DNA of 55,529 nucleotides, filler included, from Basidioascus undulatus (lineage: Eukaryota): NCBI GenBank assembly GCA_000826855.1. It is 3 parts of 3 records of this genome, joined end to end, with 100 filler letters (N's around TTAATTAATTAA, not from the genome) between each part and the next. Parts side by side here need not be neighbours in the genome. Positions count along the whole stretch, not along the records: positions 18,569 to 37,009 come from JTLS01000463.1; positions 37,110 to 55,529 come from JTLS01000464.1; 1 more part is not named here. One strand, 5' to 3'. Of this stretch, positions 25,774-38,935 are shown in pieces. Position 1 is the stretch's first letter; every line of letters begins with the position of its first letter. Position numbers and translations under genes: made by a program. Below the pieces are notes generated by a model, which had not been told where the DNA came from, made no database searches, and saw only the letters and a list, made by a program, of their open reading frames with translations.

Positions 25774-26600
25774 ATGACTTTGCCCGAGCTGCCTTTCGAT
25801 ATCCACACGCTCAACATCGCGGAAGCGGGGGCGCCGTTGCAACCCCCTCTCGAACTGACGATGGGGCGACGCTGGCCGCGCCCTGCCTCGTTTCGCGCTC
25901 CTTTAACGCGCTCGCAACGCCGCTGCTCTCTCTCGAAGGTCAACAGCGTTACGATGCTGTTTCGCACGGCGGCAGCGAAACCCCAGCTTCTCTCTCATAC
26001 CGACTCTCTCGCACTGCTTGGTGCTCATACGGAGATAGGAGCGACAGCTCTTATTTCCCAGATATCTACTTTGCGACGTCTGCGTACGAGCTTCTGTATA
26101 AGGATGATCGAACTGCCGGGGCTCCCACTAGAAGAACTGACAAACCCCCACGCGATCGCTTTGAGGACCTCCTCCCACATCTGAAGGCTCGCTGTGCACG
26201 TCGAGTCGCTATTGCACCCAGTTACTGCAATTCGACTTGGTGACACGCACCATCTTACACACATCGCGCTCAAATGTTTCAAGTCCCGGTTTACCTGAAC
26301 CGGGGCAAGATAAGCTCCATCGCACAGTGTATACTTCGGGCGCCTTCGCTGAAGCGGTTGATCTTCGGGTTCGATGGCAACGACATTGCTATGGACTACA
26401 AGGCTCGTTTTCGAAGCAAAGCAAAACGGACGCTCTGCTTCCTCAGCCTCGCCGATTTGCGAAGGTTGTGTTGGCACGCAAGGTGCCAGGAATCGCCAGT
26501 GTATCGGGCACGACTGGTTCGAGGAGCGCATCATCGACGGGACGCTGTGGGAACTCGAGTGATTGCGGTAGAGGCGGGGGTCAGAGCATGACGTTATAGC
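25774..26600 (+). pseudogene. F-box-like hypothetical gene, frameshifted
   Basis: MTLPELPFDI followed in another frame by ATLAAPCLVSRSFNALATPLL. Later segments read APSLKRLIF and WFEERIIDGTLWELE. Confidence 0.55.
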
Positions 26601-26613
26601 CAAAATGTACAAA

Positions 26614-26666
26614 AGGAACGCGTCGAGCAGATATGCATTTTAGGAACGTGTCGAGCAGATATGCAT
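26614..26666. repeat. Two-copy 25-bp direct repeat (28-bp period)
   Basis: aggaacgcgtcgagcagatatgcat / aggaacgtgtcgagcagatatgcat. Confidence 0.85.
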
Positions 26667-27015
26667 CCAGCTGCGAGAACCAGCGTGCGGAGGTGCACAT
26701 CTGCACTCTACGGGCAGAACAGAGATATCTTTTCGACGAGTAGCCAGTAGTCACCGAACATCTGATCCGTAGCCACAAAATTTATTATGAGCAACAACCT
26801 CGCATGTTGTTTCTGTTTCTCTCGCCCAGGAAAATCCCCGCGGCGCAAGCGACCTCGCGACCAAACACCAGCGCAGTCTCAAGCAAGGTATCGATTCGCA
26901 CCACCCCTCGCACCCAACCAAGCAAAGCAACGCGACTCATCAAACAGCCCTCAAGCGTCCATGGAAACACGAGCATAACCTGTTCGACTCAAGCAAACCC
27001 CGCCAGTCGGAACGC

Positions 27016-28577
27016 TCACGGCGCCAGCGCGTTCTGGGGCGCGGCGACCTGGGGCTCGCCCTCGGGCGTCTGGTGTCAAGCCACGTCAGCAGCAGAAAGA
27101 CAAAGACAAAGAAGAAGGGCAGTGGAGGGAGGCGGGACGCACGACGTAGCACCCGCTGATACCGCCGTCGACCTGTCCCCTAGCCCGCACAATCAGTCTA
27201 CATCCCAAACGTCCGTGCGAATGTTTTCGAACCCACCTTGAAGTCCATCCCCGTGATGTAGCTCGACTCGTCCGAAGCGACTTTCCCCGCCCATCACGTC
27301 AGCTCGCCGCGAGAGAGAAATAGAGGTGGGGGAAGGGCGGGGGGAGGGAAAGAGACGCACGGAAGAGCGCGGCGCGCGCCTGCTCGATCGCCTCGCCGAA
27401 GCGGCCGAAGGGGACGTGCACGAGCCGGCGGTTCTTCTTCTCGTCGGTGTTGAGGAAGTTCATGAGGAGCGCTGGACACACCCCATACGTAAATCAGTGC
27501 CTGTCCCAGCGGAAGATGATGGCGTAGAGGGGACGTACGGGTGCGGAGCGGACCGCTGTGCATCGGAGGAGGGTGATGAATGAGTCGAACGCAAGGAAAT
27601 TGCGCGAAGAGGAGAGGTGGGAGGGGAGGACACGAAGACTCACGGCGAAAGAGCGTTCACCCGGATCCCCTCGCGAGCGTGCACCATCGCGAGCTCGCGC
27701 GTGAGCGCAAGGACCGCGCCCTTGCTCGCGGTGTCTGTTCCCTCACCCTCGCATCAGCACCCTCTTACATCCTTGCGCACTCTCAAGAGGAAGAGGGAGA
27801 GAGACCCACAAGCGACCTGCGGCGTCGCGGCGCCCATGCTAGCGACGAAGCTGGCGGTGTTGATGATGCTCCCGCCCTGGCGGAGGCCCTTCTCGACGTC
27901 GACCGGGTTTTGACGCATCGCAAGGATCGCGTGCTTCGCGCCCCACGCGACGCCCTTGACGTTGATCGCGAAGGTGAGGTCCCAGCTATGTGTCGTCTCC
28001 CTCGGATCAGTGCCTTCTTCCTCCAGAAGACCAGGGAGAAGACACTCGCATGCGCTCCTCAGTGTTCACGACGTTGTCATCCTGCGGGTGCATGATGCCG
28101 CTGTTACCGGCAATTGCTCGCCGTCAGCCCGCCTCTCTCTTGTGCCTCCTGAACGGGGGGACGCACGCGTTGCTGAACAAGACGTCGAGCCGCCCGCCCC
28201 ACTGGACAGCCTTGTCCACGACAGCCTTGATCTCGTCCTCCTTGCCCACGTCCACCTTGACCGCGATCGCCTTCCCGCCCGCACCGGTGATCTTGTCCGC
28301 CGCGACCTGGGCGCCGTCGAGGTTGAGGTCGGCGAGAACGACCGAGGCGCCCTGAATATATCACGATCGTAAAGCTTCAGCGCCTGTGAGGGACCCGGGG
28401 GTAATTTGTGAAGCATACGGACCTCGTTGGCAAAGAGCCACGCCGACTCGAGACCGATACCGCTGCAGAACGTTGCAACGTCAGTGATCAGCGTCGTCTG
28501 TTCGATGACACGCCTGCGCCGGCTTACGAAGCAGCGCCGGTGACAATGGCGACCTTGTGAGCGAGACGGCCGGGCAT
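27016..28577 (-). CDS. Classical short-chain dehydrogenase/reductase
   Basis: [49 protein letters not shown] (YxxxK), [10 protein letters not shown] and [14 protein letters not shown]. Stop at 27016-27018. Confidence 0.92.
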
Positions 28578-28940
28578 TCTGATTCTGGGTATGGGGTTGG
28601 TAGGGAAATAGAAATGGGTAGTGGGCAGGAGAAGGCGGTTCTGGTGAGAGGGGAAGAACGAGGTGCTGGCAAGTACTCGGTGAGTCGACCTCAGGACGAG
28701 ACGACCTCAGGACGAGCGGCGTGACGCCGCGTGCACGCGACGGCAAGATAAGGCATACGTAAGCTGTTCCCGCGCGCTTTCTCAGATCTTCCCCCCCAAC
28801 TATACACCCAAAGCAATGGCGAACTGGCGAATGGACCATGCACAAGAGCGAGAATACATTGCGTGCGATAACATGTGCACGTAAAAGTACAGTTGCTACA
28901 AAAGAGACAGGAGCGGGAGAGGGAGGCGAGGGAGGAGGGA

Positions 28941-29846
28941 TCAGAGCAGGTCGAAGTCGTCGAGCTGCAAGAGCCTTTCTGTCAGCTCGGCGCATTTCTA
29001 GGAGTGTACATAAAAGAATGCGCACCTCGTCGTTGTAGGTCATGATCGTGCGCTTGAGCTTGCTCGTGTCGACCCAGGTGACAAAGTCCTCCATGTTCCT
29101 GGCGGCGGCGGACAGGGGAGGAGCGTCAGCGGACAGGGGAAGGAGGAAGGATGGGACGGGCAATGTGGGTGGTGGGAAGGAGACGCACCGAGTGACCAAG
29201 AATGCAGGATCCCGCACAGTATCCGGGCCCACGCGGATGTGTCCCTGCTCGATGTACTTGACCGCCTGCCCACCCCCACATCAGCCCTCCATTCCATCCT
29301 TCACCCCACCGCGCGCCGCCCACTCACCGTCTTAACCGTCTCGCACATCTTCAGCCGCACACAAACCACCGCCAGCCTACGCCGACAGAAGTGCGCGACG
29401 CCGAGCCCGTCGATGTCGCTCATCTTGGTCGCCGTGCCCAGGAGGCCCATCTCGTAGCACTTGCCGAGCACCTGCGCCTCCATCTTGGCGCGGTAGGGGT
29501 CCGCTGCCGGAAGGAGGGACAGGCGGTGCGCGACCTGGCGCAGGTGCCCGCACAGCTTGTTGTACTTGTGGTAGTCGTCCCGCGACTGCAGGTGGTATCG
29601 CCGCATCACTTTGATTTCACGCAGGGAGGCATCTTGCTTCCACTGCGGGCAAGCCGGTATAAGTATCAAAGCTCGTATCAGGCGATAAGGGGGCCATAAT
29701 ATGGAGAGGACGCACGTTCAGGAAGTCCACCTTCTTGAGGAGCCTGAGGAGGGGCAGTAGGGTATCAGTGCCCGCGCCACACCGTGAAGGAGCCGGGATT
29801 CAAGGGGTATCACGCACTTTTGCTCGTGGTGCTTCAATTGACGCAT
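28941..29846 (-). CDS. IMP3: U3 snoRNP protein Imp3 (S4 RNA-binding domain)
   Basis: [67 protein letters not shown] and final exon LDDFDLL-stop. Confidence 0.95.
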
Positions 29847-30928
29847 GCCGGCGGATGAAGAGGGTGCGGCGAAGCGAGCGAGATGGCGGTGAGAGCGAAC
29901 GAGAGCGAACTGCAACGCGAGAAGGTTAGAGACGGCAGCGCGAGATTTCGCCCGCATTTCCGTGCAACGTCCGCGGATAGAAGCGGTCTGACAGACCGCG
30001 ACTGACAGCGTATGACAGTCAAGGCACTCCTGCGAATATGAATGAGGTCCTTCGTGCCATTTTCACATTGTCTGCAGGGATCTCAGAAAGGAAAAAAGAA
30101 CGAGGCTGTGGCTAGGGCGCGATACCGGCGTGAACTCAGCTCCAGAGCTCTGAATCCGCGGCAGTAACGCAAGAGGTCGTTGGGGGTTCCTTCATCATAT
30201 GGGCACCGTGTCTTCCTTAATCTCACAGAGTCCGGACTTCCTGGCCTGAGAAATTTGGCCCCCCGCGCCCGAGGTAGAACAGGCTCCAGCCCGTGGCTCG
30301 GGGGCTGCTAGTCGCCGGCGAGACGCCACAAGCTCGTCCCTCACCGTATCCCTTTCATTTTGATGTACAGCAATGGACGTCACGAAAATCACTTAACTGC
30401 GTGAGCGCAGAAGAGCCCAGGCTGTCGCGGTGCGCCCTGCAACGTCATCCATCCAGGCGTCACCGAGATGTGCAGTACGCCATTCCACACGCTCATCGCC
30501 AGATACAACAGTAAATAAGAATTAGTAACGAGCGGGCACATCGATGTTGAGTAGCGGAGCCAACGGCTTTGAGTCGATGGAAAGAAGCGGGTCAGTGGGT
30601 GCGGAACGAGACAGAGAGGCTGCGCCTGCGGATGTCGAGTACGGACCAGACTCGAAGTAAAAGATGGAGGTTGAATGATTCCATGTGGGATGGTTTGAGG
30701 TGAAGGGGTCCGAGGCGGGCGTGCGGGATAGGTGAGAGGGTGAGCGCGACTGAGCACCCGCCGCAATAGCCAGCGTTGTCCGCCTCGGATGCGCACTGGC
30801 TCCAAGCACTGCCTCATCCAAGTTACTAGGAAGAGAGAGATACGAGCACAAACCTAGTACATGATGCGATGCTGTAGGAATACAATGCGGACCCGCCCCG
30901 CGCCAACCTCCCGACCGCCCGTCCACCG

Positions 30929-31468
30929 CTACTCGTCCAACGTATCGCGCGGCCGATACGTGATCCCTCGCGCGGCCAAGTCGTCCTGCATCGCTTCGGA
31001 TAGCCTGCCCGACACACGCACAGCATAAAGGCCCTTGACGCATCGCTCTGTTTCGGGAAATACGTCAGGGTCAGCGGCGCGGGGGCGAGGCAGGAGGACG
31101 GAGAGGTGACGGGATTTGAAGAACAGGGATAGGGGGAAGAGGACGCGGAGTGGGGAAGCGCAGACAAACGCACCTATACGCTGCCACCTCGCGACCCAGC
31201 TCTCGGTCGGTTGAGTGAGTGCGACGATCCCATCAAACTGCCCGCTCGTCGCCTCCGCCACCGCGTCGCTGTTGCCCTTCATCTGCGTCACCCATACCAT
31301 CTGCCCCTCGTGAGCCTCACCTGCCTTCCCCAACTAAGTGTGGTGAGCAGGACCTACGTCCAGGAAGTCGCAGTTCGGGCATCCGGTGCGCTTGAAGTCT
31401 GCGGGCGACTGGACGTAGGAGCACACGAGGCACGCGCGCAGCTTGGAGGTGCGGGTGTAGCCGGACAT
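30929..31468 (-). CDS. SPT4: Transcription elongation factor Spt4
   Basis: LRACLVC...GCPNC zinc finger, TSGQFDG, PTESWVARWQRI, KGLYAVRVSGRL and YRPRD. Confidence 0.95.
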
Positions 31469-32101
31469 GGGGAATTCGGGATTGATGTATGAGGAGGATA
31501 AAGAGTGGCGATGCAGATGCGAAGGCTGGCGGCAACGAGCAGGAAAGATGGACGTCGGTGGACAAGCGACGGAACGCGTGCGGAACGCGCTCTTCGCCGC
31601 TGAGTGCCGGCCTGACCTCGACCGCTTCCATCTCCTAAAATCTACTAACATCTTGAATGTGCCATTTGTTTTGCTCTAGCTCATCCCATTCAACGGCGGA
31701 TACACTCATAATGTCGTCGACTATCGAGTCTTCCAATATCGAACCTGTTGAGGCTCGACATCGTGCGCACCTTCGCGGTGTCTTCGCCATGCGGCAAGGG
31801 TGCAGCGGACTCCGCCTGTCTGCCACCGTCGCTCCGGTGTCTCGTCAGAGGTTATCCACTCACGATGGCACGTGGTATATCGCTCGACATCCAATGTTTG
31901 ATGTTTGCAAACCAACCACGCTCGCGTCCCGTTGTTTGGTTTTCCACCAGCTCATCATCTGTCGTCGTCTCCCTCCGCTCCACTGGGCGTTCTTCCTTCA
32001 ACGCCCTCATCAGCTCAAACCTTCCCATCGCTCTCTACTCTTCCCATCACTCTCGTTCATCCACCCTCTCTTTGCCGCTCGTTCAACAAGCAGGCCGTTG
32101 A

Positions 32102-33931
32102 ATGGCCTCGTCACTTTCTCCCGTCCCCCAACCCGGCCTTCTACGGTGTCCCCAACCGCTCCTCCTCTCGATCGCATCCTACCTCCCGCTCAACGAGGTT
32201 CGCGAGCTCTCCCTCGCGTGCCGCTCCCTGCGCAAATCGCTGTTTCCTCGCCTCTTCCGGAGCGTGCGCGTGGATGGGCACCAACTGGAGGGATTGAGGG
32301 CGCTGCGGAAGCGCCCTGGGCTGGGGACGCATGTGAGGTGCGCTGGGCGTTTGTTTGGTAGACCCGACAAAGGAGTGGCGTAACGTTACTGATTCCTCGT
32401 CCTACCGCTATGCAAGAAGGTCCCTTAACATCGACCTCCGAATATGCATGTTTAAGTCTCGCTCTGTGCGTCTGCCCATACTCATACCTCACCTTCACCC
32501 ACTGAATAAAAGGAAAACGTCTCTCTTGTCACGCGACCCCCAGGTAGCCTCGCAGCTCTCCAAGCTCCTCTACGAAACGCCGTACCTACGGCGCTTTCGC
32601 CTGGTCTGGGACGAGCCGCTGCCGACTCGTATCGCCCGCGCTCTGGGCGTGCTCACCCAGCTCGAGGTGTTCGAGCTCGAGATCCATGACACGCACGACA
32701 TGGGCCTGGGCGGCTTGCAGCTGCTTTCAGGCGTGACAGAAGTTGTCATTCGATGGTTTCCTCGGGACACCGTATATGTGAGTTCTTCCAATGTTCAACC
32801 GGCCTGCGCAGGGCCATCTGACGCGCTCAAGTGGGATGGGGCTGGTTGAGGGCGTGCCGACTCCTCCCCGAGCGAACACACCATCAGAATTCGACGGCGA
32901 GTCGTCCACCCAACAGCGCCGACGGCAATCCCGACCGCCCGCTCTCCCTCCACCCGACATCTCCCAGCTGCTCCAGCTCTTCCACTTCGTCCGTTCTTTC
33001 TCCCTGACGCTCCAACACCTCACCCTCGGGCCCCTGCCCCTGCCCCCATCATCCTCCATCCCCTCACACGCTCCCGTCCAACGCGCCCTGCACGACCTTT
33101 TCTCGCACCTCCCCGCCCTCCGGTCCCTCACCCACACCCTCGACGCAAGCTACACCTTCCTCCCGCGTATGCCACTCAGCGCGGGGCAGCTCCCGCGCCT
33201 CAAGCGCTTCCGCGCGCTCGACACGCCCCACAACCCGCACGACGGCCTCCAGCTCTATGCTGCACCCGCCCTCCGAGACGTCGACGTCGGCGCGACGCTC
33301 AGCGGGCTGGAAGCGGCCAGACTCATCCTCGACTTGAGGGACAAGCCGATCGAGCGGCTGGTCCTCCGCATCGGGAAGACCGACGACGAGCTCGTCGAGC
33401 GGATCGCGCTCATCTGTCCGCAGCTGAAAGAGCTGAGTCTGGCGTTCGCGCCCTCCGACAGCCTCGCCGTGCACCTCTGGCCTGTGCGCTTCCTTTCCTC
33501 TCTCCCAATACCACTTCCTCCTCGTGACTCATTCACAATCGCATCCATTCGCACAGCAAGCCTACATCTCGCCACTCTCCACGCTCCTGCACCTCGAGCG
33601 CCTCACTCTCCAACTCCCCCTCGACCTCCTCCCCCCGCGTGCAGACCCCGCGCCGCTCGCGCTGCCCTCCAACCCGCGCTGGCAGACGTGGAACACTCGC
33701 AGTCTGACGCGGTACGACCGCGCGTCTGCGGAGCTGGCTGCTGCGCTGGGCCCGAGCTTCCAGGAGGTGCGCTGGGCGCGCGCGAGCGGGTGGGACGCTA
33801 CGCCTGTGCCGCGCGGCGGGTTTGAGAGGTGCTGGGTATGGGTTGTCGTTCGGGACTCCGCAGGAAGGGGGCGCGCAAGGGGGGTGGAGAGACGGGTGGA
33901 CGAGGAGGCGGAAGAGAGGGCGAGTGCGTGA
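32102..33931 (+). CDS. F-box-like/LRR-like hypothetical protein
   Basis: LLLSIASYLPLNEVRELSLACRSLRKSLFPRLFRSVRV (F-box-like), then LRR-like LPALRSLT, LPRLKRF and CPQLKELSL. Long open exons. Confidence 0.6.
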
Positions 33932-34379
33932 GGTGAGGGAAGGAAAGAAAAAGAATTGTCCTGTATGGCTTCGCACAGTACTTTATGCCCTGTGGAATAT
34001 TGCATGCCATCTATCTACCCAGACACTTCCGTTCTAGTCAATTGGGGCACTGTCTTGCTTGGGTTGGCTGTGCAAGGCGGGTAAACTGCCAGAGAACTGG
34101 AGGTGAGAACACGCCAATGCCTCCCAAACCTAGCCTGACTGTATGACACGAGACTTGCCAGGCTGCTCGAATGCTGACGAAACGCGTGTGGTGTCCGCGG
34201 CAGAGCCGACAGTGAATCTCAACCCCACAACACAACTAGAGCGGCCACATGAAATGGAGAACTCCCTTAAGTAGAAACACTTTCAAAAAGCCAGTCTTCG
34301 AAAGCAGACAGGCATTCTGACGCGGCTTCGCTTGGAAGTGCATGCTCAAGAAGACGCCGCTCGCGAACCCCTGTCACAA

Positions 34380-35530
34380 TGCATGTTTAATCGTTCTCCC
34401 GTGCAGACCCACATCAGTCGCACATAAAACAGGACCCAAGCTCCCACAGCGTCCCATCCAAGATGCGATCGCTGAACTAATTGTCATGCTTGTTCGTGAA
34501 CCAAACATCGCGCTTTTGAAGCACTACCACGTTAACGAAGGGGTACTGTGCCCGGAGCCCCTCAATTCTGCTGAGAAAAAGATGCGTGTAACTTCTCCCC
34601 AAATTCCACACGAGAATGAGCCTCTTCAGCGAGGGCGCCTTCGCGAGGAACTGCGAGAAACCCCTCCACAAGCCGCCGTTCTCGGCGGTCACTGCAGATC
34701 ACACGACTTCGACAGCGAGATGGGCAAGACGGCGCATCTTGAGTAGATATTCTACAAGGTGTATATTATAGAAACCAACGTCGCACACGGCGAGGCGTTC
34801 AACAGCTTGACGTACGCGGCTCCCGAGAACGGCTGCAAGTGATAGTGCGGGCGCGGGTGCTCTTCTAGCGCAAGGTAGTTAACACTACTGTCAGGACGAG
34901 GGAGATATTCAGTGTCGACGAGGAGACGCCGCAAAGCCGTCAGTTCAGCAAAATAAGCTCGGCTCGCAGATTGTCCGAGGCATTACCGACAATAGAGAGA
35001 GAATGTGCCGCACAATGCGCGGGAGAGCGTGAGGAAGAGCAAAACGCCGATTCGGTCGCCGGCCAGAGTCAGAGGGCGGACGGCCTGTGGGCAATTCGGG
35101 TACCCCGCCGAGAGACTATGAGAAGACTTTATGGGTTAGTGAAGCATATTGGGTGCCGGGGTGGAACAGACTCGCTCGTAGATGACAGACTGCCACACTG
35201 ACGGAGCCGCCCTCCGCTCAGTTGGATAGTTACATTGCTCTTGCCAGAATCATAACCATTCACATGAAACTAGTTTTCAGGGTCATGTCTTGCTAACTAG
35301 ACACTCTTTGTAGAGTTAGACGGATGTTCATGAGAGCTGCGTGCCTTGTGCCCACATGCGACAGGTTTGGAGGTTCCCCTACGCAGATGGTAAGGCGGTA
35401 ACTGCACTGGGGCATTGTTTCCGGCGTATTTTAGAGTGTTTCTTTCGAAGAATTTCGCAATGTCTATACAGAGGGACAGGGATGCTCTACCACTTCCGTA
35501 AAAAGGGAAGTCGGAAGGGGATGGAGGCAT
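34380..35530 (-). pseudogene. Degenerate paralog of the 25774-26600 gene
   Basis: Shares APSLKRLI and (F)SDRILDGTLWELG motifs with that gene. Broken by stops. Boundaries approximate. Confidence 0.5.
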
Positions 35531-36422
35531 TGCACTGCGTTGTGCTCAGCCAAGAGGGTACTTGCAACGGATGCGTCCGCTGTAGCTCCAATGATGTGTC
35601 ATACCGGTTGCAGGCTGTCCTCGGAGAGCTTCTATACCCGAGTCATGAAGTCAGACGGTAGATAGAGCAGCAGAAAGCTGTGGAGTGGGAGCGAGCTTGA
35701 GCCTCGGCCAGACCGGATGCAAAAAACTTACTCGGCCAATGGTGGCTGAGTTCCATGTTTGACTCGCGCGTCTCCAAGCTCATCAGGAACGAAGACGTTC
35801 AGAAGTTGCCTATGCTAAATCCGTGGAAAAGGATACCAAGAGGACTGCGTGTGCACTTGGCGATTAAAATGCTACAAATGCAGGATAGGCACTTGCATTT
35901 TGTGTACCGAACCCTTGGAAGACCCTGAGTCGCAAGCACGTGGCAAATACAGCCACGCGAGACTTGACCGAGGGCAAGGCGGCCGGGAGCCTGCACCTGC
36001 CTGCTCAAGCTCCTCACGTCTTCTTTTCTCTTTTGCATCCTTCGCCACCGCCGCCAAGCTTGAACCGCCGCCACCACCACCACCGTTGTCAGGCCCATCA
36101 CCCCCCACTTCGCCGCCGCCGACGCTCTCGCGGGACTCCAGTGGCGTGCGCGAAGGGGCTCAAGAGACAGCCTCTGGGAGTCGGACGGTTCTTTCGAGCA
36201 GACCACCCACCCACGGTACTTTAGTCTCCGGAATCCAAGGAGCAGCACATCCCCGCCCGTCGTACTTGGTGCGCGCTGGAAATTCGAATTCGGCGCTCTG
36301 ACGCGGGGCGTCGTGAAGCTCGAATCCAGTCGCACGTCAGTTCGTCTTCTCCTTGCTATCGTTTCCTCTCGCCATCACCTCCGTTCCTCACACTTCTCCC
36401 TCGGCAGACGTCTTGCCGAACG

Positions 36423-37280
36423 ATGGCGTCTCAATCCTCCAAACCCCCTACACGCCCCGTCCTTCCTTCCGGCAACCCTTCCTTCGAGTCCACGTCCGGT
36501 TCATTCTCGTCCGACGACTCCTCGCTCTCGCCCGCGACGACCCCAGAAGTCGACTACGCGTTCCCTCCGCTTACCGTCGCCTCTCCGTCTGAGGGCGAGT
36601 GGGCGCGCGGGTGGAGCTTTGGCCCGGGCGCTGGCGCGGAACGCCGAGCGGGTGAGGAGGTCGCGGCGGCGCTTGCCGGCGGGGCCAGTGGCGGGCTGAG
36701 GAGAAGCAGCAGCAGTGCGGGAATGGGTGGAGGGAGTCGGCGGGTCAAGCCCGTGCTGAGGAAGGCTACGCCACCGGAACTCATCCCTGTCCCACCCGGG
36801 CTGATCAACTCGCCCCTGCTCGAGTCCGACGACTCGCCGTTCCGCCGCCGAGGCTCCCTTCCCCACATCTTCTCTCCTCCCACCCTCTCATCCACTACCT
36901 CCTCTACTTCCATCTCCAATTCCTCATCCTCATCCTCATCCACCCCCACCCTCGTCGAACTGCAAGCTACAATATACGCTTTCGGCACACTTTCTCATCT
37001 CCACTTTCTNNNNNNNNNNNNNNNNNNNNNNNNNNNNNNNNNNNNNNNNNNNNTTAATTAATTAANNNNNNNNNNNNNNNNNNNNNNNNNNNNNNNNNNN
37101 NNNNNNNNNGGGTGTGAGCGTGGGTGGTGGGAGGGGCCGAGGTGGGGGCGGGGGTATTTAGTGAGTTCATTGCTACCTTGACTTCAAGCTGGGACTGTGA
37201 GGACGAGCGCTGACGATTGGGTTGGGGCAGCTCGTACTACGATTGAAGCCTGCGCGGGAGTTTTGAATGGGGTGCAGTGA
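36423..37280 (+). CDS. Ser/Pro-rich hypothetical protein interrupted by gap
   Basis: Open frame from ATG 36423 to the gap, including an RRRGS PKA-type site. A spliced tail after the gap (about GIxxRTTIEACAGVLNGVQ-stop) may be its 3' end. Confidence 0.4.
37010..37109. other. Artificial contig linker (N run with six-frame stop TTAATTAATTAA)
   Basis: 44 N + TTAATTAATTAA + 44 N. Confidence 0.98.
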
Positions 37281-37888
37281 AAGAGGGAGAATGCTCGCTC
37301 AGACTCACTGCTTGATCATGCTTGACGTTTTGTATTCCGCTTGCTTACTTGAGATGTTGTTCCCTCCTTTCTTGACTCTGTTTATGCATTGTATTTTGCT
37401 TACGACGGTATTTGTCACCGAATGAGCGTTCTTGTACCAAGCTGCCGGGCAAGCTGGCGTGCATGTTGGGCGCTTCAAGCTTTCACCCTGATGGCACGCA
37501 GCAACACACCACCACTTGCTCAAAGCACAGCATTTTCCTATCACAGTATATCCGCGCCCCCAACGCCAGCCACGGCCCGTACACCGCAAAAGCCACGGTG
37601 ACGCGGTCGAAACAACAGTCGGTCCGCGGGGGTAAACACGTCGGACGCGAGGCCCGGTCGCCAGCGGAAGTACATCAGCGCTGCGTGCGCAAGGGAGGCG
37701 AGGGAGGCGAGCGGTTTTTGTTGGGGGGGGGGATGGTTGGGTTTTGGAGGGGCGGGCAGGCGCGAGGGGGAAGAGTGTGGCTGTGCTGGGCTGGAGAAGA
37801 CGGAGGTCGTGGAGTGTTAGTCTGACACAACAGGCAATGTTGAAGAGTCTTTGAACATGTATATGTTTCAAACATCTCTATAACCCAC

Positions 37889-37945
37889 TTCTCCTTCTCC
37901 TTCTCCTTCTCCTTCTCCTTCTCCTTCTCCTTCTCCTTCTCCTTC
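37889..37945. repeat. (TTCTCC)n hexamer microsatellite
   Basis: About 9 perfect copies. Confidence 0.95.
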
Positions 37946-37982
37946 TATCCCCTTTCTTCTATCCTCCCACCCCTCCATCCCT

Positions 37983-38935
37983 CTATCGCCCCTCCCCTTC
38001 TCTGACCTTCTCCACCACCCTTTCCACCGCCCGCCGCACCATCCCATCCATCCCCAGCGCGCCGCAGTCGAGCACCTCGAACCCGGGGACTTTGCCCGTC
38101 GGCGCGCCCGCGTCGACATCGCCGTTTTGGAAGACGTCGCAGTGGGCTAGAAGGCTTTTGTGAAGGGAGAAGGCGTGGTGGGAAGGCGGAGAAAGGGAGG
38201 GAAAGGGAGATGGGAGGGGAGGTTGAGGAAGCGGAGAGGAAGATGGGGAGGGGAAGGGGGCTGTCAGAGGGAAGGCGCGGGCGGGAGGGAGGAGGAAGAG
38301 GTTGTATGGGAAGGAGGAAAGAGAAACGCACTACGCGGGATAAACGATATCCTCCCAGTACCCCGGCGGATCGACCCACAGTCCGCCCTCTGCAGAAGAT
38401 TGCGCTGCAGGGCATGAGTAAGCCTTGCTCCACTCTCCATTCTCCGCTCTCCGCGAGGAAGAGAAGAAGAACGCACCCTGCGTGACGTACCCCGCGCGCG
38501 CCTCCCGTCGTGCCTTTAGGACCGCCGTCGGCGTGCGGAGGAAGAGGGGGATGTCGAGCTGGGCGATTACTCCCTGCCGTCGCACCTCCCTCCACATCAG
38601 CTTCCCTCCCTCCTCCCGCTTTACGAGGATCGAAGAGACGCACCTCATCCCAATAGCACAGAAACCCATCCAGGAGCACAAACACCGTCTCCCGCTCCCC
38701 CTCCTTCTCCCGCTCCTTCAGGGCCCCCCTTACCTCCTCCCCCCACGCCCCCAGCTTCCCCTCATCCACCGGCACCGGCACCTGCTTATTCAGATGATCG
38801 TGGCTCCGATGCTCGGGGGGCAGCTCTCCGCCCGACGCACGGATATGCGCGAGCGAGGCCCGCAGACGGTCCCATTGGATTGCGCCCCGGGGGTCGTCCC
38901 AGTCTTGGATCTTCAGGGTGGGGTGGATGGGGAAG
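37983..38935 (-). CDS. NRK1: Nicotinamide riboside kinase, lacking N-terminal P-loop (5'-truncated)
   Basis: PIHPTLKIQDWDDPRGAIQWDR, SHDHLN, FVLLDGFLCYWD, LKARREARAGYVT and LWVDPPGYWEDIVYPAY. No GxxxxGKT upstream in frame. Confidence 0.8.

Noticed and set aside
28066..29232. 388-aa ORF suggesting an IMP3-SDR fusion
   Set aside because: This is chance read-through of introns and intergenic DNA. IMP3 has its own last exon and stop at 28941, and the SDR has its own ATG at 28577.
30050..30900. Small gene between IMP3 and SPT4
   Set aside because: There are some splice-like signals but no consistent frame or recognisable motif.
38913..38935. Programmed frameshift producing a Mag2-NRK fusion protein
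   Set aside because: The NRK part lacks its P-loop and there is no slippery heptamer, so truncation or mis-join is simpler.
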